From Corallochytrium limacisporum Hawaii (lineage: Eukaryota > Protista > Pluriformea), in the NCBI GenBank assembly GCA_002811645.1, contig PDIP01000008.1:16749-80748 (forward strand): a stretch of DNA of 64,000 nt, given 5' to 3'. Every line of letters begins with the position of its first letter. Positions within the stretch are counted from its first letter, which is position 1. The notes beneath the pieces were generated by a model. That model had not been told where the DNA came from and searched no databases. It saw nothing but the letters and a program-made list of their open reading frames with translations. The position numbers and the translations under genes are program-made. Positions 52,928 through 64,000 of this stretch are shown piece by piece.

Positions 52928-55619
52928 TTTGGAGGAGATGCAGCAGGTCTACTCCTTACTGTCGCGCCCTGCACAGGCAAACCCTTCTAGGAGGCCGGTA
53001 CCGTCGCCTAGGGCATGATTTTGCTGTCCATGGAAGCAGCTCAATCGATTGAGCGCGTCCTTACAACCTAAATTCGCTGTACCTTGCTCTAAGTACCTTA
53101 AACCGCATGCGATCCCGTCCTGACGTATTCTTTCCCCGACACCATCCCAACCAACGGTGGCGGTGTCGGGTGTCACTTCGTGAGACCCGGCCTGCACCGC
53201 GCCCCGTACCCCACCACGGTATGCGCACAAACTGTGTTGGTAAATGGACTCCCGATCCGAGCGGGGTGTGTGGACTAGGGTCGGACATCACAATTGAATT
53301 TACTTGCCTTACAACTGCCAGCATATCTTCGCAGCGGGTTGAGCAACCATGAAAGTTTGCACAGCTTGGTCCTGCCGTCTAAGGTACTGGTTCATGCGAG
53401 GAACATGTACCAGCTGGAGGCACCGCATTGCCCATACCCTGTCAGCCACACAACATGCGAAATCGCAGCCTTACTAGTCCCCAAACTCTCCCAATAGTAG
53501 TCAGGCCTCTTGCCCAGTCTGTTGGATCTGTCAATGGCTACCGCCCCTATGGCACGCTGATAGAAAGACTAGGGCTCTTCGTTCACCCAGTGCGATGGTG
53601 AGGCATCCACCGAGATCATCCATACTATGTTCATGAGCATCTAAGAGAGCATTTTGATTAGGGGGCGGACATCAAATTGTGCTGCATACGGTTGTTTTCT
53701 CGCCATTGAGATCGTCGTCATGGCCTGGTTTGGGCCTCACGTGGCCAGTAAAGGGAATGCTGGACACTTGCGCCTGTCCATTGTGCGCTCACATCTCCCG
53801 CAACGCACCGGCCGGGCGTCGAATCTGGACTCATTCTCCATGTCTACACTGTTCAGATCCTTTCCATCGTTTCGCTTCGCAGGAGGGAAGAAGAGGGGGG
53901 GCGGGAAGCCGCCCACCAGGAAGGGAAGGAGGGGAGGCGAAGGCCAGGCCTACATAGAATTGAACGTCATTGCGATGCGCCGCTTTTGCTTGTGGCTGCC
54001 TGCTCTGCTCTTCCTGCGACTGCGCGCTTCCTACCCCCCTCCACCTGGTTGGAATCTCTCCACTGAAGACTAACCTGGGGAAACCAGAAAAAAAAAAGAA
54101 AGAGACGGTGGGCGGTTCAAAGGTGTCACCCTTGCAAACAGTACGAAGAGCTATTCCAGAAGCAAACTCTCAAAACGCGGCCCCCCTTCTGCTCATCGAA
54201 AAGCCTGCAGCAGAGTGGTGGGCCAGCTCGAGGAGAACTCGACGTTCCCCACAAAAGAACCTGCCTCCACAGAGCAGAGCAAGTTCCTGTACTGCTACTC
54301 AACCTCCGTGAGGTGTAAGCGGGAGATGATGCAAGTTCATTAATTTTCAAGTTCATTATTAGCGAGCAATGGCGCATGACTCTTTCGAATGGAGAAGTGT
54401 TGTTTTATTCGCAAGCCAGAGGTGCCTGACTGTCGCGGCGCCCGTTTCTCTTTTTTTCACGAAATAATATTAAGGGAACTTCGATTTGTGCTGTGGACAA
54501 AATTGAAAAAAAAAGTTACAGGAACCGACCCACAATCGTGGCGGCCAAGTTAATATCCAATATCCCCCATACACTGTTTCAGGAAACGAAATGGCGCCTG
54601 AAGGGAAGGTCGCAGTGGCAAACGTCCTCCATTCAGCCACTGGCCCTCACGGGCAGCGAGAGGCTGCCGCACTGAACCGTTTCCCCGTTCGCTACCACAA
54701 AGGAGGACCCTTGCTCCTCCTCCTTGCTCGCTCACTCTCCCTTTCAGAGTGATAAACGTAGCGCATGTTCATCCTACAGTGAACCTGCCTTGGCCTGGTG
54801 GAATTCCACGCAGGTACCGGCTAGCAGACGATCCAAACGAGTACGATTTCCAACGCTTCACCACTTTCGGATATCGACAGTTGGAAAAAACCTCAATACA
54901 TTAAATATAAAGGATAGGACAGTAAGAAACAACAAGACCTAACCGTACCGAGAATTGGAGTACGAATTCGTTATTGCTCATGTATTAGGAAACTCAGCTT
55001 AGGGTTTGAATTTCTCATATATTTACCATTTAAAACAGGACTGATGAAATTCAATGTCTGACAAAATGATCATGAGAGCACCTGAGCTGCACAGGTGAGT
55101 CACAATCCACCACCCTTCTTTACTGAGAATTACTCATTCCTATATTGACAGTACGATCGGTACGATCGTATTTTCCCTCTGTACCTGTGCTGCCTCTGCG
55201 GGAGTTGAACAGGCTTAGAACGGGAACATATTAAAGGAAAAAGAAAAGAAAAATGAATCGAATAATGGTGCAGTAAGCATGTCCAATACATTACAGAGTC
55301 ATGCGAACCACCGAGAAATACTGCCGGCGGGGAATAGTGTGTACCCAGACGAAGGGAGCTCTGGGTATTCTCTGTTGATAGCGGGCCGCATCATTGCCTC
55401 GTATTGTTTGATCTGAAGTGGTAGCAGTTGGGCATAGCTACGATTTTGCCGGCAGTTCGTTCACCATACCTTATGCTCCCCCATACATCGAAAACGTGAT
55501 GTGATCCACAGGAGGGGAGCGCCGGGGAGATGGGGGCGGGAGGGAGGAGGATGTTTAGCAGACTTGTGTAGCCAATGCAGATCTTTCTGCTACTGCCCAA
55601 GGGTCTCATGTCATCCTTC

Positions 55620-56076
55620 GAAAAGATGGGACCATCCCATTGCGGCCACTTAACACTGAACAGTTCAGTGGTAGTATTCTATAGTATTGCACTAAGGAAA
55701 AACTCGGAGCATCCAACACGTGTGACAAGTCCAAGCGGAGATTAGTAAGCTTCATTAGTGACCAAGCTTCCAATGAGTACATATTTATGGACGATGGACT
55801 TGACTGGGTGTCCTTGGTACAACAAGACCAGGGAGAATGCACAATTTGTTGAACGGACTTGTGATAATGTTGATCCAGTTTATGTCTGAGCATGTTGATC
55901 ATAATGTGAAAAGGCAAATTTGGAAAGACTGGAAAACAGGAGAGAAACCTGATCACTTGGGTCGCATACAAGGTCGTTCGAGGGATTTGGCAATGAGTAA
56001 TGCCATAGAGAACATGAGAAGATCTAGAGACCCACACACAAATTGTTTTCCACGGCCAAATGCCTCGACCTGGTAG
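55620..56076 (+). mobile_element. Possible decayed hAT DNA-transposase remnant
   Basis: Ordered fragments across frames: LVSFISDQASNE (cf. hAT VTDNASNM), MHNLLNGLV (cf. CxxHxLNLxV), RPNASTW (cf. PTRW). Interrupted by stops; no TIRs found. Confidence 0.22.
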
Positions 56077-58919
56077 CAAACTTCTGCATAGTACAAGTGC
56101 ATAGCATGAGAGACAGGAGAGAGTACACTATTAGTTAGTAATTGATGGACACACGCAAGCAAACATTCCTAAATCACACTTGCTACTTGGGTTACTGCTA
56201 CCAGTCGCTCGTCACATTTCTCATAGCACTACAGCGTGTATCCATTTTACGAAAGACTTTCCAGTTGATTTTCATGATGCACAAGACCACACACATTCAC
56301 TCCTATCTTGATATCTTCTCCCATTTCATCTCAGGTCATTTCAGTTTTGATTATACTGATGAAATTCTTCGATAGTAATGCTCCTTTACGAATGTTTCGA
56401 CCGCTCGCAGAAGTTCTAATTTATTCCTTTGGAGAAGCAGATCACTGACGAGACAGACAGCGACCGACACGCCCACACAGATACACCGATGCGGGTGGAA
56501 CCATGTAGCAAACATAGATGTGTGATGTGCAGAACAATAGTGCAAAGATACACATCCCAGATAACCGCCGAGCAGACAGAGAGACACAAAATGAGCTGCC
56601 GATAGAGAAGACACACGAATCCAGCGACGTGCAGCGACAAGCCGCAGAGGAAGAAAAAACAGGCGCTAAAAATTAGCCAACCAGAGGTCTCGATGTCTGT
56701 GGAATATCAAAGTATGGTAGCTCAATGCCATTCATAAACACTAGTTTTTCGTGATTGGAGATGGAGGAGACCTATACATACCAATTCTTCAAGGTGACGC
56801 CACGACAAAGTTGCTGACTCTGTTCACGGTGCGAACTAGATTCAGTGCGCCTTTACCATTCTCCGCCAACCTTCATAAGTTGTAAACTGTCTGGCAACAA
56901 TTGCAACAGAGTAATCGGCCCGGAGTAACCGGTCTGCCGGATCCAGAAACATGATCCGTTTGAAAAATTGCTACCCATGCATCACTTGGTCACACCAAGA
57001 GTTCAACAAGGCAACGAGAGGTTTCTGTTTCATTCCACGTCTCGGGTACGGTACAGCCGGTCCAATGGACCCATACATATTTTTCTTGCAGCACTGAAAT
57101 TTGTTAATGTGCGCCAGTGTTTGATTCCCAATGCTTCAACTTTGTTTATTGCACTCATCGGAGTGGGCGCCGCCCTCCCATTCACAAACATGTGAATCGC
57201 TGCATCATTGAGAACAAATGTTATCTGCGTGCGTGGAGTTTTGTTTTTTTGGCTTTGATCCATTACTAACATGGTTTGCTCTACTCCGCTTGAGCCCGGG
57301 GTTTCCACTGAAACATATATAGTATAATTTCAGTACAATAACATGACCGCAAGGCTACCTGGTGGTTTCTTGACTCAGAATTGCCACTGGGATCTTCCGG
57401 AACGGGTGTCGGGAAGAGATTACATACACACATTGTGGGCATTGGATGCAAGAATTGTTGGTTTTTTCACTATCTCCCTTGTATGAATTTCAAGAAATCA
57501 AACCACATCGGTTTCGCAGGGATTTTAGACTGCCGCAGTGATGAAATGCAGGATGGCACCTGGCAGTGTGTCTGTTTTCAATCCGTCGGCGTATTCAATA
57601 CTTACACTACGTGCACTGGGCGCAACCACAGCAGACAAGGACTCACGTTGGAACAAATTTTTCACCATTGTCCATTTGAACCCACTGGGTTTTTTTGATT
57701 GTCCCGCTCGTAGATCCCTTTTCCGAGGTTCCATTTGCCTAATCGGGAATAGAATAGCTAATGTATTAAATATTTATCACGTACTATATTTCTTCGGAGC
57801 AGTATATTACCCTTTGCTTTCTGTTGTGGTTGGATTGACCAGACCGGGCCAGGGGTTTACCCCTGGCCTTGTTTTTTGCACTACGAAGACCGAAGTGACT
57901 GATCCCAGCTCACGAAAATGCGACCAACAGAAACCGCGGAATCCGCCGTAATATTCATTTTTCTCAGGTCAAATTGCCGTATCGCAAAACAATGCATACC
58001 AAAGTGATAATAAGGGATCAGCAGACCCACGCGACAGCAGCCAAACAGTGTCCACCAGGCCGGTGAACGTTTGGACGAGGAGGAGGAATGGAGGGGAGGG
58101 GGGGGGGGGGGGGGGGGGGACCACAAATCTTTCGCGGTCTGTTCGAGGGTGTACAGGTAGAACATATTTGAAATTTTTTGACGATTTGCTTCTATTGTAT
58201 TGGGTGGGGGAGGGGAGCCGGCGACGTGCTTACACAACTGATGGCCACTCTTTAGGGAGCGGTAGTTTCCAATTTCATCGAACTTTCTCTAGAACATCCG
58301 CTGCACCTTGCAACATAGTTTTTCATACTCCTTATACTTTGATACTTCTAGGTTATCCTAAACCAAGAAGGAAAGGAAAACAATGTATAGTAACTCTTTA
58401 CTCCGTTCAGCCACCTCAAAACGCGAGAAAGAGACGAGGCCGCAGTGAGGGCGGGCCGAAGAAGTGGGGGGAGACCATAGTTAAATAGCTGAGGAAGTGG
58501 CTCCAGAGGTGCCGGATACCAGCTTGGGGTACGATGCGTAGGGGACACTGTGTATGTACCAGGGCGATCAATTTTGGGTTTCTACGCAGTTCCTCTCTCC
58601 CTTCTCATTCCCTATTGTTCTCGCCGATTCTAAACTACACTTGAAAGATTTATGGTCATCAAGTCAGAATGTTCGTTCCAGCCTTATCCAACAAGATCAT
58701 CCGCCAATAAAAAAAACATTGCGCACTACCACTTCCCCCCTTGTCCCGGTGTCCGCCATCCGGACACGGCGGTACGTATCAACGAGGACACAAATCTTGT
58801 AGTTGTTCATTCTTTTCTCTTTTCTCGTCCTTCCATCACTTTCCAGGTGGCCGGCTGGACAAATGCTTAACTGCAGGCGAGGGAGGGAAGAAGGGGGGGG
58901 GGGGGGGGGGAACTCAGGG

Positions 58920-58930
58920 NNNNNNNNNNN
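58920..58930. other. Assembly gap with duplicated flanks
   Basis: 11 Ns. The segment 58861-58919 is nearly repeated at 58931-58989. Confidence 0.95.
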
Positions 58931-60810
58931 AAATGCTTAACTGGAGGGGGGGGAGGGAAGAAGGGGGGGGGGGAGGGGGGAACTCAGGGAGAAGCGGCGA
59001 ATATGCCCCGAAGACGAACGAGAAGGTAGAAAGGGATAGGCTGACGAAAAAAAAAATAAGCGACTACTGCTATGCTACGCGGAACCACGTAACTCTGAAT
59101 GTATGACAGTCCTGAAGACCACAAAGTCGGCTTGTAGTTCGAGTTGGATAGAGGATGTAAGGAATCTAAGATTTTTTCACTTCCCCACAATCCCTATGTT
59201 GGCAATGGGATGCACCTATTCCCGGTGGAGCGTTTGGTCAGAGTTCACCGAGGATCTGTTCCACAACGGAAGATGAGAATATTTTGCTGGTATCTCGGCC
59301 AGAAGCCATGCGGAATTACCAGGTTGTTGATATTTGGCTGATGTACTCACTGTTATTCCATACTGATGATGCAAATTTGTTATCTGGGGCGATATCCACT
59401 GGTTTGGACCTTGGGGGATTGGAAGGCGAGGGGGGGGGGGGGGGGGAAAGCGCCAGCGGTTTATGGAACAGACTCAGTGTAACAACATCGTGCTGGACAA
59501 GTTTCTTCGCCGAGGGAGGTCTGCCCTCACTTACTCACTATGTGACGACCACGTTATAGTCGGTTTCGTACCTGGATGGGGTGAATGGTCACCGTCCTGT
59601 GTCCTGAATTTGTGTTCCTTTCTCGACGACATCCGTGGGCTTCAATTTCGTTGTTGAGGTAGGGGCCAGCTACAGCTGAACTATGGGAGAGCTAGTTGCT
59701 GACCAGGAGGCACAACCAACTGAGACAGTACAGGGGTCACTTGAAAAGGGATCGGGACCCGGCGGAAATCCCAAGCTTCCGCCTCCATTTCCATGCAGGT
59801 CGCGCTCCAGTTCTCAGCAGGTGTACGCATATGAAAGTTCTCTTCGGATCTTCCAAAGGAGGGAGGGGGGTGGTCTGATTCGTGTGATCAACCCCTAGAC
59901 TTCTGATGCGAGGTTGACAGCTACCGGTAGTGGGACCTCGAAATGCCGATGTGTTGGTGGGGCTCTCGATCGACCGGGTGGGAGAGAGTGGTTTCTCCTC
60001 AAGCGTAAGAAGATTTTTTCCATTTCCCTTGGCTTTTTTCTCCCTGAGAAGGAAACTTGCTTGCCCTTTGTTCGCTGGGCGGTACGTACGTAGTATATCA
60101 CCCGCGCCAACCAGTTTCATTTCGCAGTCGTGCCCTGTGTACCTAGGGTTGGCGGTGCCGGAGGATATAGAGAAGAGGGAAGGGGGAAAGGAGAAGGCTG
60201 GGGAGCTGAGGCAAAAAAGTTTGGTGTGTCCCTAAATTTTTTTCTAATGTACCACGCACACTTTTTTTTATCGATGTCGGCTGTGTACACAAAGGGAACC
60301 ATACTGATAGTATGAGGGGCGTCCACAGTAACAGGGCACACACGGCACACACATATCAGACCTTCAGCGCCGGACTGACCGAATTTTCATGCAGCGGTTT
60401 GGCACGGAGTATGTCTCAAGTTTGGGCCCCTTTGCTTCAAATGGAAATCATCAAAGGAGGTTTGTACGCCACAAGATAAGGTGTGACAGTTTCGAAACGC
60501 ACAGTGGAAAAAGATGTGAAAACATGGTCTAGTCCAAAGCACAAGACTTATTTGATAGTAGCCATAGATCAGGTATAAAACTGGATCTCTCTTAATCAAC
60601 ACGAATTAAATGCTATTCACGACTTTGTATAAACTCTATTTTCTAGATTGTGCAGTTCAAGAAAAGAACATCTGTGAAATAGGGACCGACTAAACAGTGA
60701 CGCCAAGCTAACAGAAACGAAAGGGATATACAGAACATGGTGAGTGAATAGCCACAGGTTACTTAGCTCATTTCAAACTGACGTGCCAAACTTTTAATTT
60801 CGAGGCCACC

Positions 60811-63282
60811 ATGAATCACGGAGGCCTATTTCCCACGGGAGTCCCTACGGGAATGCCGACTGGCCTACCGACCGGCTTGCAACCGGGTCCCGGATTGCCA
60901 GTTGATGCCGTCCTAAATGCGGACTTGGGGGCCATACACCAGGGACTACCAATGCCCCAGACAATGGACCCGCACCGGGAAGGTAGTTCCTTGGAAAGCC
61001 AGTCGGCTGGAAAGCCTCGCAGGCGCCGCGGTTACAAAATCCAATACCTTGCCTGCAATAATTGCCGGCGTATGAAGATTAGATGCGATGGCGAAACACG
61101 GTGTAAGAACTGTATTCAACGCAACAAGGAGTGTGTTTACGACAAGGATCGTCGTCGCAAGGCCCGTGACAACAATGCAAACAAACAGTCAAATAATTCG
61201 GAGAAAGTGGTTGCGCGTCATCCGACTTTTGAATTGGCAAAGGTATCGAATCAGCGTGGTTTGGTCAATCTGAAGCTCAACTCTGAAGTCGTCAGCAGTG
61301 CTCTGGAGAAATTTTATGAGAATATTTTCTTCCAGTACTGCAATCCATTTGCAAGCAGCATCTTTGGTGCACAGACAAAGATTGGCAGCGGGCTGCCTAT
61401 TTCCCTGGCTAACCAGGTACAGACGTCCATTCGTAGCGCCGTGCTTGCACACGCTGCACGCGCCTGCGGTGAACACAAAACCAGTGAACATTTTATCATG
61501 AAAGCAAGGCACGTCAGTCGGGAGATCTTTGACGTCTTCTGCAGAGAGTCGGTTACTGCGTTTACGCTTTTGGCCGACTACTACGTATGCCACAATGGAC
61601 CACTGTCTTCGCATTACGGAAACATTGCCCAGGGACTATTGGACGAAACCGTGAATATTGAAAAGGCGACGGCACGTCGGAAACAGACAAATGCTATTGA
61701 AGCTCTTCCCAGCACAGAGTCCAAATTCCCGAATGCAGAGCAGCTTGTCGACGAGAAGAACGACGAAGAGGAACAGGACGAATTTCAGGCCAGTGTGTTC
61801 CTGCTAACGAGTCTCTACAGCCCGAACCCGAACACTCAGGGTGATCGTGTTGAGAACATCTTCAAGAAGATGTCCGTGTCAAATACACGGTCGATCATGG
61901 CCGATGATGTACCCATGCCTCCGCATGTTGGTTTCATCTCCATGATTTACATTCGGTTCGAACTATACAAGTGCTTTGTGCGGTTCCGTGGTGCGTCCCG
62001 TTGCGAGCACCCGCTCCTGAAGGAGAATGATATGACGGTCATGGAACGGCCTCTTGATTTCCAGCACGGCTCCGGGCTATTGAATCTCATCTCCAAGGTT
62101 GCCCGGTCCCAGGACATTCGCAAGAGCGGCCGGTGCTACCCCGTATCTAAAGTCGGTGTGCAGGGTGTTGCCATGCTCATCGCCATTGGCATTGGCGATC
62201 ACGAGAAGGCGCAGGAGATTGCCCGGGGCATCGAACATATTCTCAAGCATCATAAGGAGAAGCTGCCCCACGCCCCCATCTACTGTGTACATGGTGTGCT
62301 GTTGCTGATGCAGTATCAGTACTTCCGGCTTGGTGTAAAATACCCCGAGGTGGCCCTTGAGGCGTTGGACGCCCTCGGCGAGACATTCGATTTGGCCTAC
62401 GTGGCCTCCCGAAACAGTCACATGTACCTCGGACGGCAGCCCCCACGGAAACGCAATGAAGAGGAGCGGATCCGTCGCTTATCCGCATCCGCGGAAGCGA
62501 GTCCCGGTCCGCCAATAGAGTCCAAGAGCTTCGATCTGCAGGACCGTCGTGTAGTAACTGGCGGCGGTGCCTATGTCACTCCAGGCGGTGTGGCAGTCAA
62601 GGGCATTGACCCTGTTACTGGAGAAACCGAGACCATGGCAAGCGAACCCTTGGCATCCGGCACGGAGGCTCACCAACTCTTTGACTCGACTAGCACGACA
62701 GGAACGACATCCCACCCAGACACAACTGCGCTTGAAGAGGATTCGAACCTGCGAAGCCAACGTGACCTACAGGAACTGGCCAGTATTTTCGCAGGCGAGG
62801 TCGCAACCCTCAAGCACGAGGACATTGGCCTGGACTATCTGGACCAGTCTGGTAATCTGCTAGCCGGCTGGGCGAATGGAGTCCCTGGTCGTCCGCGCCA
62901 GGAGGAGCGTGACCTACAACAGCAGCAAGATGCTGTCAGTCCTACGGCGGCTGCCAACCCACCGTCTCTTTCAAATCTGAGCGACCCGTTCGGTTTCGGT
63001 GGCAGCAAGGCGATGAATGCCGCCGCCATGCAGATGGTGCAGGACCCACGAGCTCTCATGGCGCAACTCCTTGACGGACCGGATGTTGGGTCCGCAAACG
63101 ATGCGGCTGCCATGATCTCTCAGCAGTTTGATTCTCAGAACGGTCTGTTCGGTGAGATGATGCGTATGCACATGGAGAACGGTAATGGAAACACCTCTAT
63201 GGGAAACATGTTTGGCGGGATGTCCGGACAGACCCAGGGCAACGGCAGCCCGACGAACCGAACGGATCCTTTTTCCAACTGA
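60811..63282 (+). CDS. Zn(II)2Cys6 (GAL4-type) binuclear cluster transcription factor
   Basis: ACNNCRRMKIRCDGETRCKNCIQRNKECVY (Cx2Cx6Cx5Cx2Cx6C) with basic flanks, a helical middle region and an acidic/Met-Gly-rich C-terminus. A micro-exon ATG at 60737 is possible. Confidence 0.92.
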   Translation: MNHGGLFPTGVPTGMPTGLPTGLQPGPGLPVDAVLNADLGAIHQGLPMPQTMDPHREGSSLESQSAGKPRRRRGYKIQYLACNNCRRMKIRCDGETRCKNCIQRNKECVYDKDRRRKARDNNANKQSNNSEKVVARHPTFELAKVSNQRGLVNLKLNSEVVSSALEKFYENIFFQYCNPFASSIFGAQTKIGSGLPISLANQVQTSIRSAVLAHAARACGEHKTSEHFIMKARHVSREIFDVFCRESVTAFTLLADYYVCHNGPLSSHYGNIAQGLLDETVNIEKATARRKQTNAIEALPSTESKFPNAEQLVDEKNDEEEQDEFQASVFLLTSLYSPNPNTQGDRVENIFKKMSVSNTRSIMADDVPMPPHVGFISMIYIRFELYKCFVRFRGASRCEHPLLKENDMTVMERPLDFQHGSGLLNLISKVARSQDIRKSGRCYPVSKVGVQGVAMLIAIGIGDHEKAQEIARGIEHILKHHKEKLPHAPIYCVHGVLLLMQYQYFRLGVKYPEVALEALDALGETFDLAYVASRNSHMYLGRQPPRKRNEEERIRRLSASAEASPGPPIESKSFDLQDRRVVTGGGAYVTPGGVAVKGIDPVTGETETMASEPLASGTEAHQLFDSTSTTGTTSHPDTTALEEDSNLRSQRDLQELASIFAGEVATLKHEDIGLDYLDQSGNLLAGWANGVPGRPRQEERDLQQQQDAVSPTAAANPPSLSNLSDPFGFGGSKAMNAAAMQMVQDPRALMAQLLDGPDVGSANDAAAMISQQFDSQNGLFGEMMRMHMENGNGNTSMGNMFGGMSGQTQGNGSPTNRTDPFSN

Positions 63283-64000
63283 AGCAGCAACATCTTGTAC
63301 GAATGTAGGCCACTTGGCATCCACTCACACACACGCACATAGAGCATGTGCCCGTGTTGTCTTAAGAAATTAATTCTTTCAATATATCATACCAATACAT
63401 CATACTTCTCATATCACATAGTTCCTTGCTCCGTTTTTGCAACGGCCGCGCCACCGTGCGTCTGGACTCTCAGAAAAAGCTACGAGCAGCTTGTGGTGCA
63501 GTGGGCCCGCCATCGGCGGGGAAAGGGGCCCCGGGTCTATTTTTGGCCCTTGCAGTACCAGAGCCCGGAACCTCTGGTCAAAGACTCCTTCGGATTTCAT
63601 CCCCCCCCCAAACCCTTTTTCTTTACGATCTCTACTGTTCGAGTACCGCTCTCTCCCAAAACTATCCCCAGGCCCTTTTACGAAAAAGAAAAAAAAAAGG
63701 GGGGAAAAAAAGGGAAATAATTGGGCATACTAAGGGGAAGTCGTGTCACGCCGAACAGCAGGGCAAATGTGCAAGATATACGCGGTCAGGAAGGATCCCC
63801 TCTCGACGGTCCGCAATCGCGACAGTCGGAGAATCCGTCGGCTCCCGGGAAACATTTGCGGGCCAGTTACACGACCAATGTTGATTTAATCAACGTCCTT
63901 AAGGTACAAACGATAAGGAATTCTCAACCATTGTTGCATTCGACGGACCAGAAGCGGCGGTGAAGACCTGAGTCACATAGTTCAGACACTCCAAACATGG

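Noticed and set aside
58861-58990. 60-bp tandem duplication
   Set aside because: The copies flank an N gap and differ only within G-runs, typical of an unmerged contig overlap.
1-64000. CRISPR arrays, rRNA, snRNA, operons or prokaryotic defence systems
   Set aside because: I saw no repeat-spacer periodicity or recognisable RNA-gene sequence by eye, and the gene content is eukaryotic. A covariance-model scan would be needed to exclude small ncRNAs.

Overview
This is eukaryotic nuclear DNA: intron-poor, about 50% GC, standard genetic code, with two assembly gaps. The 15 well-supported protein genes are a YtcJ-like amidohydrolase, a DIPP-type Nudix hydrolase with a long K/E/A tail and CaaX box, separase, cytochrome b561, an ICA69/arfaptin-type BAR protein, a fused LeuC-LeuD aconitase-family enzyme, SENP8/DEN1, a divergent G-beta, KRI1, histone H2A, an ANKFN1/wide-awake homolog, a myosin VI-like motor, EB1, a GNAT acetyltransferase and a Zn2Cys6 transcription factor. 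Animal-type genes (ANKFN1, ICA69-like, myosin VI-like) occur alongside a fungal-type Zn cluster in nearly intronless loci. This suggests a unicellular holozoan such as Corallochytrium, which is an unverified inference. Two long gene-poor regions (about 3-12.9 kb and 53-60.8 kb) hold microsatellites, poly-G tracts and possible highly decayed transposon remnants. The most notable observations are: (1) a myosin VI-like motor that keeps the 'reverse gear' insert-2 but carries about 7 IQ motifs and an out-of-frame extra tail; (2) a shared 17-bp E2F+CHR (DREAM-like) element upstream of separase and H2A; (3) a probably lipid-anchored inositol-pyrophosphate/polyP Nudix enzyme; (4) a hidden terminal exon that restores EB1's C-terminal Tyr; (5) a G-beta that has lost most G-alpha contact residues. 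All family assignments come from motif recognition by eye; no searches were run.
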